Positions 1 to 9,826 of a stretch of 64,000 bases of DNA are shown piece by piece. How positions within the stretch are numbered: the first letter of the stretch is position 1; the number at the start of each line of letters is the position of its first letter. The notes below the pieces were generated by a model that made no database searches, was not told the origin of the DNA, and worked only from the letters and a program-made list of their open reading frames with translations. A program made the position numbers and the translations under genes. Origin of the DNA: an uncultured bacterium (GTDB lineage Bacteria; Verrucomicrobiota; Lentisphaeria; Victivallales; UBA1829); contig URKJ01000012.1 in assembly GCA_900548385.1 (NCBI GenBank), forward strand, positions 24,101 to 88,100. Direction: 5' to 3'.

Positions 1-543
1 ATTGCCGAGGACAGTTCCGGCATGATCGCCATGATCAATTCCATGCTGGAGATTACCCGGATTGAAAACAACTTTGAAACTCTGAAAACGACGGATGTTT
101 CGCTCAGTGCCCAACTGCATCAGGCGTATGACATCTTTTCCATGCAGGCGGAAGAGAAAAATCTGGAATTTATCCTTTCCCTGCCGGAACAGGAGGTGGT
201 GATTGCCGCGGATAAACTCAAACTCCAGCGAGTGATTTCGAACCTGTTGGACAATGCGATGAAGTTCACGCCGGAAAACGGACGTGTCATTCTGTCGCTT
301 GCCGTGGAGCCGGGAGCGGCCGTCATGCGGATTTCAGACAGCGGAGTCGGCATTTCCGATGCGGACAAGCAGCATATCTTTGAACGTTTTTTCCGCGCCG
401 ACGCCAGCCGGACCAAGCCGGGCAACGGGCTCGGGCTCTCCATGGTTCACGCCATTGTGCTGGCGCATGGGGCGACAATCGCGGTTTCCGACACCGCCAG
501 TGGCGGGACCACGTTTACGATCCGGTTCCGCCTTCCCGGATAA
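1..543 (+). CDS. sensor histidine kinase, C-terminal catalytic (HATPase_c) part; 5' end outside the window
   Basis: Frame is open from nt 1. N box LLDNAMKF, G1 box DSGVGI, G2 box GNGLGLS. TAA stop at 541-543. Confidence 0.85.
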   Translation: MAEDSSGMIAMINSMLEITRIENNFETLKTTDVSLSAQLHQAYDIFSMQAEEKNLEFILSLPEQEVVIAADKLKLQRVISNLLDNAMKFTPENGRVILSLAVEPGAAVMRISDSGVGISDADKQHIFERFFRADASRTKPGNGLGLSMVHAIVLAHGATIAVSDTASGGTTFTIRFRLPG

Positions 544-549
544 CGGCGC

Positions 550-1806
550 TTATTTGCGGATCAGGATGCCGATGACCTGCCTTTGAAGATTGCGGTGCCG
601 TCCTTCGGGCAGGTTGAACCGTTCGCAGACTTTCTTGATGAGAGTGACAGTGTGTTCCGCCGGAGCGCTGGAGAGGTCGGCGGCGGAGCGTTCCATTTTC
701 AGGCTGATTTCCGGTATCCGGCAGGTGAAGCCGAAATCCTCAGTGTGGAACGGTGTTTCCGTCAGGGAGACGTTTTCCACGCCGCGGATGGAGAGCTGGA
801 GTGTCAGCAGTTCCGGAGAATACCCCATGAAGTCATACAGCTGGGCAATGAATTTGACCGCTTCCGAGAAAAATTTGACGAGGAACTGATACGAAACCCC
901 TTTTTCAAACGGAAAAATGCCGGTGAAATAGAAAAGTCCGGATTGATACAGTTGCCAGAGCCGGTGACGGTCCGCCGAGAATGCCCGCAGGGAAACATTG
1001 GTGAAATAGGCATCCCGTATTTCTTCCGGCTGTATGAAAACCGCATCGGGAAACAGAATGAACGCTTCCTGAAGATGCATCCGCAGTTCGGAAAGGCTGA
1101 ATTTTTCCGCGGTATAATCCGGCGGCATGACCGAGAGTGTGAGACGGAAATTCGGACCGGTTGCGGTGGCGCGGCGTTTGCTGAAAAACTCTTTGGAGTG
1201 CGCGGTCTCCTCCAGAAAACGGGACTGCTGCTGGCGTTCGTTCTGAAAGGAGTGATCTTCGTACAGAATGCCGCGGATCATGCGGCCGAGCATCTCCCGC
1301 TGTGTCCGCAGGGTCCGCTGGATCAGGGCGTGGATCTCGCTGGAACGGTATGCCGGCCGGCTGGAGGCGTCCGGCGTGCGGATGTAGAATGTGCCGAGGG
1401 AAAGCTCGTTTTCGCAGGAGGAGGTGCAGACGTGCGGAAGATTGCGGAACCGCCGGATCACGAATACGACATACCGTTTGCCGTCGACAACCGGACGTTC
1501 CAGTGTAAAATCGACGGCGGGATCGGCGAAGCGGTTGATGAAATTACCGACGTCGGTCGGATCGAACGAGTGGGATTCCTCCTCGGTGAGTCCGGTGAAA
1601 AGCGACGGCTGCCCCGATGCGTCTTCCCCGACTCCGACGACGACGTAACCGCCCTTTGTATTGGCCATCGCGATGCAGTGCCGGACGAATTTTGCCCGTC
1701 CGGCGCGGGATAATGATTTCCAGTTCTGGGCGGCTTTGTAATCAAGTTCGTCGGATTCGATGCCGCGGCAGATGATGGATCTCCAGTCCGTATTGTTCGT
1801 TTCCAT
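550..1806 (-). CDS. AlbA_2 / Schlafen-type putative DNA-binding (divergent AAA) domain protein
   Basis: ORF 550-1842, with start set at ATG 1806 (METNNTDW). The N-terminal ESDELDYK...FVRHCIAMANTKGGYVVVGV resembles the AlbA_2 domain. The C-terminal ~280 aa are unassigned. Confidence 0.5.
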   Translation of the reverse strand: METNNTDWRSIICRGIESDELDYKAAQNWKSLSRAGRAKFVRHCIAMANTKGGYVVVGVGEDASGQPSLFTGLTEEESHSFDPTDVGNFINRFADPAVDFTLERPVVDGKRYVVFVIRRFRNLPHVCTSSCENELSLGTFYIRTPDASSRPAYRSSEIHALIQRTLRTQREMLGRMIRGILYEDHSFQNERQQQSRFLEETAHSKEFFSKRRATATGPNFRLTLSVMPPDYTAEKFSLSELRMHLQEAFILFPDAVFIQPEEIRDAYFTNVSLRAFSADRHRLWQLYQSGLFYFTGIFPFEKGVSYQFLVKFFSEAVKFIAQLYDFMGYSPELLTLQLSIRGVENVSLTETPFHTEDFGFTCRIPEISLKMERSAADLSSAPAEHTVTLIKKVCERFNLPEGRHRNLQRQVIGILIRK

Positions 1807-1973
1807 AGTTGTTCTCCGGCGTTGTCTGTCCGTAGTATACAATCAGTTTGCCGGGAAATCCAGAGGAAAACCGGAAAAAAGCGGTTTTTCTTCCTCTCTG
1901 TCATTGTTTTTTCCCGGTACGGTCTTATATTAGATGACGTCAATTTCCGGAATTTTATTATAAAGAAAAGGGA

Positions 1974-3914
1974 ATGAATCAGGAAATGAAACTTGGAAAA
2001 CTGTTTTCCGATGGTGCGGTCATTCAGCGCCGCCAGTTCGTTCCGGTGTGGGGAGAGACTACGCCGGATTCCGTGGTGAAAGCGACTCTTGCGGGAGTTT
2101 CCGCATTCGGCGCAAGTTCTGCAAGCGGAGACTTTCTGTTCCGGCTTCCGCCGATAGAGCAGGCGGGCGGGCCCCATACACTCGTGGTTGAAAATCTCTC
2201 GAACGGAGACAAAGTTGAGGTCCGCGATATTCTGATCGGCGAAGTCTGGCTTGCTTCCGGGCAGTCCAATATGGAATTCACGACGGGAACCTCTCCCGTT
2301 CAGATGAAAGAGTTTCTGGAGATGAACCGGGATCCCTCCACGCTCCGTATGCTGACCGTTGTAAAGAGCGCCTCCAGCGCTCCTCAGGATTCATTCGAGG
2401 GAGAATGGCTGTATTCGGATGCACAGAATGTTCCCGCGTTTTCCGCAGTGGCGCTCTGGTTCGGCTATAAATTGCGGGAGCGTCTCGGCGTTCCGGTCGG
2501 TATTATTGCAAGCTCCTGGGGCGGAACAATCATTGAAGCGTGGACCAGCCGCAGTACGCTGATGCGCAATCCCGATGTCGCTCCGGCGATTCTGGACTAC
2601 GAACAGCGGATTACCGGTGATCCCGTTTGGAAAGCCGCGGATATCGGAAAGATCATTCCGTCGCGTTTCGGATTGGACGTCAAGCCCGATCCCGGCAACA
2701 GGGGCGAGGGACTCGGCTGGGCAAAACCGGAGTTCGACGATTCCGCCTGGGTTGATTTCACCGTTCCCGGCTGCTGGACTTCGGAAGGGCTCGCCGGAAA
2801 CGGCGCCGTCTGGATCCGCCGCGAATTTGAACTGCCTGCGGAATGGGCGGGAAAAGACCTCGTTCTTGAACTCGGCGGAATCGACAAGCATGATGTCACC
2901 TATTTCAACGGCGTCCGGGTCGGCGCGTCCGGTAAAGGGTTCGATGAAGCGTTCTGGTGCTCGGCGCGGAAGTATACCGTTCCGGGCAGTCTGGTTTCCG
3001 GCGGAAAGGTGCTGATCGCGATCCGGGCGTTTTCGTTCCTGTTCGACGGTTCGTTTAACGGCGACGCTCAGTGGTACCGGATTTATCCCGCCGATTCCGC
3101 CGGGCAGGCGGTAAATCTCGCCGGAACATGGAAATTCGGTGTGGAAGTGGATTTCGGCAAGGTTCCGGAACCGACTCCCCGGACCTCGGCGGGGCCGAAC
3201 GTCCCGAACACATGGTCGATCCTGTTTGACGGCATGATCCGTCCGCTGATTCCGTATGCGATCCGCGGCGCGATCTGGTATCAGGGGGAAAGCAACGCCG
3301 GAACGATAGCCTCTTCCGCCGCTTACAAGCGCCTGATGACCGATATGATCAATGAGTGGCGGTTCTACTGGGGACAGGGCGATTTCCCGTTCCACATGGT
3401 CCAGCTCGCCAATTTCCGGATGCCGTGTTCTTATGACGCGAAAAGCACATGGGCGGTTCTGCGGGAAAGTCAGCGCCGTGCCTGTGAACAGCTTCCCAAT
3501 GTCGGGATGGCGGTTACGGTCGACTGCGGGGACGCGAGCGATATTCATCCGAAGGACAAGCGTTCCGTCGGATTCCGTCTTGCGTACAGTTCCCTGCATA
3601 ACGATTACGGCTGTGAGGACGTCGTTCCCGGCGGTCCGCTTCCGAAGCAGACCGTGATTGAAAACGGAGCGATCCGCGTCCGGTTTGAACATGCGCAGGG
3701 ACTCCGGTTCGACGGCGATCCGCGCGGGTTTTATCTTGCCGGAAGCGACGATGAGTTTTTCCCGGCGGATTCGGTGGTAATCGACGGTCCGGGCGTTGTT
3801 CTGCGCTCCTCGAAAGTCCTTCGTCCGATCCGTGTCCGTTACAGCTGGTCGGATAATCCGGACGGCAATCTGTACAACAATATGCTGCTTCCCGCTTCTC
3901 CGTTTGAAGCGTAA
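1974..3914 (+). CDS. sialate O-acetylesterase-like SGNH hydrolase
   Basis: 646-aa ORF. Serine block WLASGQSNMEF, SSWGGT block, DASDIHP (D-x-x-H). RBS-like AAGGGA before the ATG. No signal peptide. Confidence 0.8.
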   Translation: MNQEMKLGKLFSDGAVIQRRQFVPVWGETTPDSVVKATLAGVSAFGASSASGDFLFRLPPIEQAGGPHTLVVENLSNGDKVEVRDILIGEVWLASGQSNMEFTTGTSPVQMKEFLEMNRDPSTLRMLTVVKSASSAPQDSFEGEWLYSDAQNVPAFSAVALWFGYKLRERLGVPVGIIASSWGGTIIEAWTSRSTLMRNPDVAPAILDYEQRITGDPVWKAADIGKIIPSRFGLDVKPDPGNRGEGLGWAKPEFDDSAWVDFTVPGCWTSEGLAGNGAVWIRREFELPAEWAGKDLVLELGGIDKHDVTYFNGVRVGASGKGFDEAFWCSARKYTVPGSLVSGGKVLIAIRAFSFLFDGSFNGDAQWYRIYPADSAGQAVNLAGTWKFGVEVDFGKVPEPTPRTSAGPNVPNTWSILFDGMIRPLIPYAIRGAIWYQGESNAGTIASSAAYKRLMTDMINEWRFYWGQGDFPFHMVQLANFRMPCSYDAKSTWAVLRESQRRACEQLPNVGMAVTVDCGDASDIHPKDKRSVGFRLAYSSLHNDYGCEDVVPGGPLPKQTVIENGAIRVRFEHAQGLRFDGDPRGFYLAGSDDEFFPADSVVIDGPGVVLRSSKVLRPIRVRYSWSDNPDGNLYNNMLLPASPFEA

Positions 3915-3929
3915 GAGGTTCCGGATCAT

Positions 3930-3977
3930 AAAAAACGGCGGGACGTCCGGAGTTTTCCGGGCTTCCCGCCGTTTTTA
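3930..3977. terminator. bidirectional intrinsic terminator between convergent genes
   Basis: 9-bp stem ACGGCGGGA (3935-3943) / TCCCGCCGT (3964-3972) with an inner CCGG/CCGG pairing. Flanked by an A run (3930-3935) and a T run (3972-3976). Confidence 0.75.
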
Positions 3978-3996
3978 TTTTGATTCTGAATGGAGT

Positions 3997-5718
3997 TTAT
4001 CCCTGTTTCAGCCAGACGCAGATCGTGTTGGTTTCCCTGAACTGGTTTCCGGCGGAGGCGTAATCGCAGAGACGCGTTCCGTCCGGCCATTCGTAGAGTG
4101 CGGCGATCTCCGCATGAGGGATTCGCACCGGCTCCGCTGCCGGCAGAATGCAGGGAGTGTCGACACTACCGATCCGGGAATCCTGAACCAGCAGCACCGG
4201 GCCGCGTCTGATGGCGAACCGGGATGAACCGTCGGGCGCGGGAATCCGGACAATCGGCATCGGCAGCGTCAGGCGGATCCGGTCTCCGGGCGACCAGACT
4301 CGCCGCAGTTCGGCATAGCGTCCCTCCGCGGGGTTCCAGGATTTGCCGCCGGTCTCCAGTTCCGCTCCAAAGCACCAGCCCGGAATGCGCAGGGCAAGCG
4401 TGAATTCGACCGGATGTTCCGGCGAGATTTCCAGCAGAATCGCCCCGTCGTCGGGATAATTCCCGCTGATCTTCAGTTCCAGTGCCGTTCCGCCGACTTC
4501 CGTTTTGAGGGTGAGCGGTTCATAGAAGTTTACGGCGATTCCGCCGTCGCTGCGGCGCATTGCGGCAAACATTCCGCCGACTCCGAGCGCTTCGGGTCCT
4601 TGCGCAAGACAGCAGTCTTCGCCATATCCGGCGATCTGGTCACCTGCCGGACGCTTGAACGAACATCCCGCCAGCGGAGTCGGGTTGCGGTGCATCCACC
4701 AGGAGCCGTCGGCGTTCATTGCGCCGACGACGCCGTTGCAGAGCATGGTTTCCATCACGTCGGCAATCGCGGCGTCTCCGGTCAGACGGAGCAGATGGTT
4801 GGCGAACCGCAGAACGGTCGTCGTGACGCAGGTTTCGCCGAGGGCGGTTTCCGCGTGCGCCTGCATCTGCCGGATTGCTCCGTTGTCCCAGAATTCGCCC
4901 CAGATGTCTTTGAGTCCGCCGGCTCCCGTGATGAACAGTTCATTGCGGACAATATCATGGAAATAGTGCAGAGCGGTTTCAAGCAGCTCCCGGTTTCCGG
5001 TATCGCGGTAGAGTTCCAGCAGGCCTTCAAAACAGGAGGTCATTTCGTAGGCTTTTCCATTGCCGAGATCGGCGGGTTTTCTGCCTGCGCGCGACTCCCG
5101 GAACAGGTTCATGGATTCCGCGCAGCCGGAATCGGCGAGCCTCCGGGCGAATGCGAAGAATTCCTCTTCTCCGGTCATCCGGGCGGCAAGTTCGACCGCG
5201 CCGAGAATGGAATTGGCGGGCATTCCGTCGTGCCAGAGCCCGTCGCCGGGACGTTTCCTGTCCGGAAAACTTGCAATCAGATTTTCCGTCATGCGGCGGA
5301 TCGTTTCAAGAACGCGTGGATCCGCTTCGATGCAGCGGTAATAACGGCAGAGTCCGAGCAGGGCGTATTTGCGCCCCCAGACATCCCAGTCGGCGAGCCG
5401 TTTTTCCGGCGGATAGGTGCTGAGACAGCCGTCCGCTTCCATGCAGTCGCAAAGCCCGTGTACCGCCTGACGGATCATCGTTTCGAGTTCAGGGTCGGGA
5501 TTGGTTTGCAGGATGCGGATGGCGGACCGGACGATCTTTCCCCAGAATTCGCCGCGCCAGCGCCCGTCACAGTCTTCGTGATCGCGGAACGAGCGCACGA
5601 GTTTCCCGTAATCGACTTTTTTCAGCCGGTTTTCCGTTGTGAGCCGGATCGCTTTTCCGAGTCGGCCATTGAGAGTAACGCACCCTGCCGGAAATGCGGA
5701 TAACGGTTCCTGTATCAT
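3997..5718 (-). CDS. GH127-like (DUF1680, beta-L-arabinofuranosidase family) protein
   Basis: 573-aa ORF. Cys-rich motifs GETCVTT and YGEDCCLAQGP resemble the GH127 Cys/Glu metal site. No signal peptide. Confidence 0.6.
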   Translation of the reverse strand: MIQEPLSAFPAGCVTLNGRLGKAIRLTTENRLKKVDYGKLVRSFRDHEDCDGRWRGEFWGKIVRSAIRILQTNPDPELETMIRQAVHGLCDCMEADGCLSTYPPEKRLADWDVWGRKYALLGLCRYYRCIEADPRVLETIRRMTENLIASFPDRKRPGDGLWHDGMPANSILGAVELAARMTGEEEFFAFARRLADSGCAESMNLFRESRAGRKPADLGNGKAYEMTSCFEGLLELYRDTGNRELLETALHYFHDIVRNELFITGAGGLKDIWGEFWDNGAIRQMQAHAETALGETCVTTTVLRFANHLLRLTGDAAIADVMETMLCNGVVGAMNADGSWWMHRNPTPLAGCSFKRPAGDQIAGYGEDCCLAQGPEALGVGGMFAAMRRSDGGIAVNFYEPLTLKTEVGGTALELKISGNYPDDGAILLEISPEHPVEFTLALRIPGWCFGAELETGGKSWNPAEGRYAELRRVWSPGDRIRLTLPMPIVRIPAPDGSSRFAIRRGPVLLVQDSRIGSVDTPCILPAAEPVRIPHAEIAALYEWPDGTRLCDYASAGNQFRETNTICVWLKQG

Positions 5719-5768
5719 TGAAATATCCTCATCTGTTGTATTTGGAAGTGTTGTGCGGGTTGTTCCGT

Positions 5769-8700
5769 TCAGTAGACGATTTCAAAAAACGGAGTTCCGT
5801 TTTTCAGTTTTGACGTGTCCAGCGCAAGGATCAGCCTGCCGTTTTCCAGCGAGCAGGGGAGCTCCGCAAAACGGGTTCCGTCCAAATGAAGCGCGTAGAC
5901 TTTCGGCTTTTTCCCGTGTGTGGTCGCCAGTTCGATTCTGCATTGGATCGACTCCATCAGCACCGGCAGTTCGCCGGGATTCACGCAGCAGAACAGAGAG
6001 GCGTTTTCAAACGTCATGTTCGAGTTGAATGCGTTTGTCGCGACCGTCAGCAGGATGCGGGAAGCGTTTTTCAACGTCTGATCCGCGTTCAGCGATGCCG
6101 CCGTGACCGAGGCGGGAACAGAGACATTCCGCACGGAGAGGGCGGGCAGAACGGCGCTTTGCCCGCGTTTGAGGATCGCTCCTTCCAGTCGCGGCGTGAC
6201 CACGTTCATGGTGAGCCGGTTCGTGTCCAGCGTCAGCTCTCCGGTTTCGCTCTGATAAATGCGTTTGTTCCAGTCGGTTTTATTGGCGGAGGAGAGAATC
6301 CCGCTCTGTCTCAGCTTGGCAAGCAGTTTCGGAAAGTCTGTGCCGTCGGAATTGTCCGCGCTGACGTACCAGCTGGAGACCCGGAGTGGCGAGAATGATT
6401 CCGGTTCCAGCTGGAGAGTCGGCGTGAAACTGCCGACCTTGACGAGCGGTTTTCCTTCCGGATAGAGAATTCCGGTTTTGGTCAGCATGGAGAGCTTGCC
6501 GTAATCGTCGGCGATCGCGGCAAGATAGTTGTCCGGAAACAGCCTGGAGTTTTTGAGCAGAAGCCCGACGGAATGCGGAGCCTCTTTCACATCTTTGCGC
6601 ATGAAAAGCAGTGCGGTGACGGTTTCGGAAGCGTGGGCGATCGGGTCCATTCCATGCTCCATAGTCCACATCGGATCCACGGTCAGCCGGATGGTGTCAT
6701 TATGCGGTGTAAGATTGTCCCATCCCTGAAGAGCCGCATAGGAGCCGAAATAGAGTCCGCGTTCATGGCGGTAGCGGTTGAATGAACTGTGCGAATACTC
6801 CGTGATCATGTACGGACGGTCAAAAAAGCGCGCGGTTGCGGCGGAACGGAAGTAGCTGGAACTCAGCGAGCTCGTCTGGTCGACGGTCATGTCATTATTG
6901 CGTCCGCCCATATAGACCGCCCCTTTGCATTTCGGGACCAGATTCCGGGTCGGTACCGGGTTCGGATGGGCGAAATAGGTGTGCTGGGCGATTGCCGGAA
7001 CCATGGACCGTGCAGGCACTTCCATCGTCCGCATGATCATGTCCCAGTGGTGGAACAGCCCCGGATAACCGGCTTTCCGGACGGTTTTGAAATACCATGC
7101 GGTCATTTCCCGCATCGTTTCGATCAGGAAATCTCCGGTGTCCCGTGCCGCCGTTCCGCCGCCGCGGAGAACGGATTCGCTTACCGTTCCGGCTTTTTCA
7201 AAGGTCACGTCCGCGCCCCATGCCTTGGAGAGAGCCCGTTCCGTTCCGTATTTTGCGCGCAGCCATGCCGCAAACGGTTTCCGGAAACTTTCGATCTCCT
7301 TGGAATTGCCCAGACGGAAGTCCTGTTCGTTGAAAAAGTTGACAAAAGCGACCGCCGGTTCATCTTTCAGTTTCGTTCCGGTGTACGGATTTTCCCGGTT
7401 CATCAGATAATTCACCGCAACTTCCCAGTGCTTCCGGAATTTCGGGTCGAACAGCAGCTGGTTTTTAGTGAGTTCGTCCGGACCTTCCAGATACGCCATT
7501 GAGTACCCCGGTCTGTTCATCAGGTCGATGTTCAGGTAGATTCCGCGGTCTTTGAAGCATTTCACAAGATAGTCGAAACGGTCCATGTTGCCCGGATCGA
7601 ACGGGATCTCTTCCGCCGTCTGCGGCAGTCCCGCCTGTGCGATTGTCCGGTGCGGGCGCTGGTGGATCTTGTAGCCGATCAGATAACGGTTGAGATAATG
7701 GACACGGATCAGGTTGTAACCCTGTGCGGCGATGGCGTCCGCAAACCGTTCAATATCCTGCTTGGTCCAGGTATGCGCCCGCAGCCGCCAGTAACTGGGA
7801 CTGAAGTTCATTCCGAAAAACCGGACGGTTTCATCCGGTTTCTTTTCAAACGCCAGTTTGCCGGCGGAATTGACGATGACGCGTCCATAAGTTCCCGCCG
7901 GTACGCGTTTTCCGTTCAGCTCGGAAAAATCAAGCGCGGTTCCTTTCCGGATCAGAAAACGGTCGTTCGGCAGCGGACGGTATTTTGCGGATTCCGTCAC
8001 TTTGAACAGTCGGAGCCTGGCTTCCGGGTCCGCTACATACGGGACCGCGCCGCAGACGAAGCGGCAGCCGTCACTTCCCGCCAGAACTTTTACCGAAAGC
8101 GTGTTTTTCCCTTTTTTCACCGGGATGTTGAAAACGTGGTTGGCGGGCGCAAACGGTTTGATCCGGTTGCCGTCCCGTTCCGTTCCGTACACCCGTTTTC
8201 CGTTGACCGAGGCGGTGAACCACCAGTCGGCGGCCATGCCGAGCTGCATGAATCCCTCTTCCGGCGATTCAAACTGATTGACGAAAACGAACTTCGTTTT
8301 TTCCGCCGGAGCTTTTCCGTTTTCAAGGACATGGAACGTATTGTCTTTCAGGGTGACGGACTGCGTTTTCCCGTCCGGAGTTGTCAACTGCCACTGCGGG
8401 GCAAGAGCGAGCGGCAGAATTTTCGGCGCATCGGAGAGAGTCGCGGGACCGAAAAAGAGTTCTCCGCTTTCCGGGTAGGAGGCAAGCATCATTCTCGGCA
8501 GAACGTATTCGCCGCCGGGAGTCAGCTCCATTTTGAAATCCAGCGTGCAGGTCTGCCACTCCGGGGAGACGCTCAGGACCCGGAAATTTCCTTTCTGCAG
8601 GGGAGTGTATGGCGCTCCCGCCAGCGCGGGAACGATCCGTATTTCTCCGTTCCGGTTTCCCCTGTACTGGAATTGGATCCGGTAGCTGCGGTCTTTTTCC

Positions 8701-8963
8701 AGTACGCCGCGATACAGAAACGATACCTGGATCGCATGGCCTGGCGCACCGTGCGCCACCTGCTTCAGCGTGACTTTCAGAACGGGTTTCCCATCCGGAG
8801 TGGTTTCGTCTGTGATTGTTTTTTCCAGCATTGACCCTTTTGCCGCATAGAAGATCATACGGTCCGTTTTCAAGTCGCGTTCCGTTTCGTAACTCCATGT
8901 TTTAAGCTCTCCGGCGGAGCAGAGAAGGGTGGAAAACAGCAGTATCGTCAGTAATTTATACAT
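5769..8963 (-). CDS. large secreted glycoside hydrolase, clan GH-A TIM barrel with N-terminal beta-sandwich/CBM-like regions
   Basis: ORF 5769-8993, with start set at ATG 8963 (RBS GGAAAGGAA; signal peptide MYKLLTILLFSTLLCSAGE). FFNEQD (acid/base NE) and MITEYSH (nucleophile E) motifs. F..WLRAKYG....L..AWG pattern. Confidence 0.6.
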   Translation of the reverse strand: MYKLLTILLFSTLLCSAGELKTWSYETERDLKTDRMIFYAAKGSMLEKTITDETTPDGKPVLKVTLKQVAHGAPGHAIQVSFLYRGVLEKDRSYRIQFQYRGNRNGEIRIVPALAGAPYTPLQKGNFRVLSVSPEWQTCTLDFKMELTPGGEYVLPRMMLASYPESGELFFGPATLSDAPKILPLALAPQWQLTTPDGKTQSVTLKDNTFHVLENGKAPAEKTKFVFVNQFESPEEGFMQLGMAADWWFTASVNGKRVYGTERDGNRIKPFAPANHVFNIPVKKGKNTLSVKVLAGSDGCRFVCGAVPYVADPEARLRLFKVTESAKYRPLPNDRFLIRKGTALDFSELNGKRVPAGTYGRVIVNSAGKLAFEKKPDETVRFFGMNFSPSYWRLRAHTWTKQDIERFADAIAAQGYNLIRVHYLNRYLIGYKIHQRPHRTIAQAGLPQTAEEIPFDPGNMDRFDYLVKCFKDRGIYLNIDLMNRPGYSMAYLEGPDELTKNQLLFDPKFRKHWEVAVNYLMNRENPYTGTKLKDEPAVAFVNFFNEQDFRLGNSKEIESFRKPFAAWLRAKYGTERALSKAWGADVTFEKAGTVSESVLRGGGTAARDTGDFLIETMREMTAWYFKTVRKAGYPGLFHHWDMIMRTMEVPARSMVPAIAQHTYFAHPNPVPTRNLVPKCKGAVYMGGRNNDMTVDQTSSLSSSYFRSAATARFFDRPYMITEYSHSSFNRYRHERGLYFGSYAALQGWDNLTPHNDTIRLTVDPMWTMEHGMDPIAHASETVTALLFMRKDVKEAPHSVGLLLKNSRLFPDNYLAAIADDYGKLSMLTKTGILYPEGKPLVKVGSFTPTLQLEPESFSPLRVSSWYVSADNSDGTDFPKLLAKLRQSGILSSANKTDWNKRIYQSETGELTLDTNRLTMNVVTPRLEGAILKRGQSAVLPALSVRNVSVPASVTAASLNADQTLKNASRILLTVATNAFNSNMTFENASLFCCVNPGELPVLMESIQCRIELATTHGKKPKVYALHLDGTRFAELPCSLENGRLILALDTSKLKNGTPFFEIVY

Positions 8964-8989
8964 GGTCGGGTTCCTTTCCGTGGTTTGGT

Positions 8990-9718
8990 TCAATTATATG
9001 GCATCCAGTTTTTCTGCTTCGCCGGCAGCCATTGCTGACTGACGGTGTAATGGTCGTGAGAGCCGACGTGTCCATCGAAAAACAGAACGTTTGCCCGGTT
9101 GTTGTGGGAATAAGCGACACCGCCCTGTTCCGGATTGTTTTCCGGATTGACCCAGTATGCAATATCCCATTTCCCTTCCGAATTGGTGGAGTTTGCCTTG
9201 CCGCGTGTTTCGATCCATTGGAGTTTGGAAGAGGGATTTTTCACTTTCCGCAGGTGCATTGCTTTATAGCCGTTCTGCAGGGTGGCTTGGGAGCAGTTGA
9301 TCGCATAGAAGCTGATCCGTACGGTTCCGATGTATCTCGCCCATACTCCGACAGTGGCTCCGTTATATTCATTACATTTCCAACGTTCGATTTGCGGACA
9401 GAGCACTTTTTTCGGTACCCATGTGGCTGCCCAGTCGTTTTTGTTGAGAAGCATCCGGATGAAGTGCAGGGTATGCGTACCGGTGTTGTACCAGGGGGAA
9501 CCGCCGCTGCCATCAATGTTCGGAAACATCACGTCTTCGTTCTCGCTCAGGTACATCGCGGAAACCGTTCCGATGGTTTTCATGTTGGAGGTGCATTGAA
9601 TCGCCCGCGCGGTTTCCCTCGCTTTGTTCAGCGCCGGAAGAAGCATTCCGGCAAGAATCGCGATAATTGCGATTACTATGAGGAGTTCTATAAGGGTGAA
9701 CTTTGTTCTTTTCTTCAT
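8990..9718 (-). CDS. prepilin-type N-terminal methylation-domain protein, H-X9-DG (DUF1559-like) family
   Basis: ORF 8990-9784, with start set at ATG 9718 (RBS AAGGAG). N-terminus [36 protein letters not shown]-terminal [12 protein letters not shown]. Confidence 0.85.
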   Translation of the reverse strand: MKKRTKFTLIELLIVIAIIAILAGMLLPALNKARETARAIQCTSNMKTIGTVSAMYLSENEDVMFPNIDGSGGSPWYNTGTHTLHFIRMLLNKNDWAATWVPKKVLCPQIERWKCNEYNGATVGVWARYIGTVRISFYAINCSQATLQNGYKAMHLRKVKNPSSKLQWIETRGKANSTNSEGKWDIAYWVNPENNPEQGGVAYSHNNRANVLFFDGHVGSHDHYTVSQQWLPAKQKNWMPYN

Positions 9719-9755
9719 ATCTGTTTTTCTCCTTTCCATGGTTTTTCTCTGTATC

Positions 9756-9784
9756 ATTATACTATATTTTCCTGTTTTTGACAA
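9756..9784 (-). promoter_or_regulatory. sigma70-type promoter of the pilin-like/GH operon
   Basis: Minus strand: TTGTCA (9784-9779), 17-nt spacer, TATAAT (9761-9756). Lies 37 nt upstream of ATG 9718. Confidence 0.6.
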
Positions 9785-9798
9785 CCCCTGTTTGTGAA

Positions 9799-9824
9799 AA
9801 AATACTGAAATAAAATGAACAATG
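9799..9824 (-). repeat. 26-nt upstream element, copy 1 (identical to 11058-11083)
   Basis: Plus-strand AAAATACTGAAATAAAATGAACAATG. Lies exactly 14 nt upstream of the -35 hexamer at 9784-9779. Confidence 0.9.
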
Positions 9825-9826
9825 AA

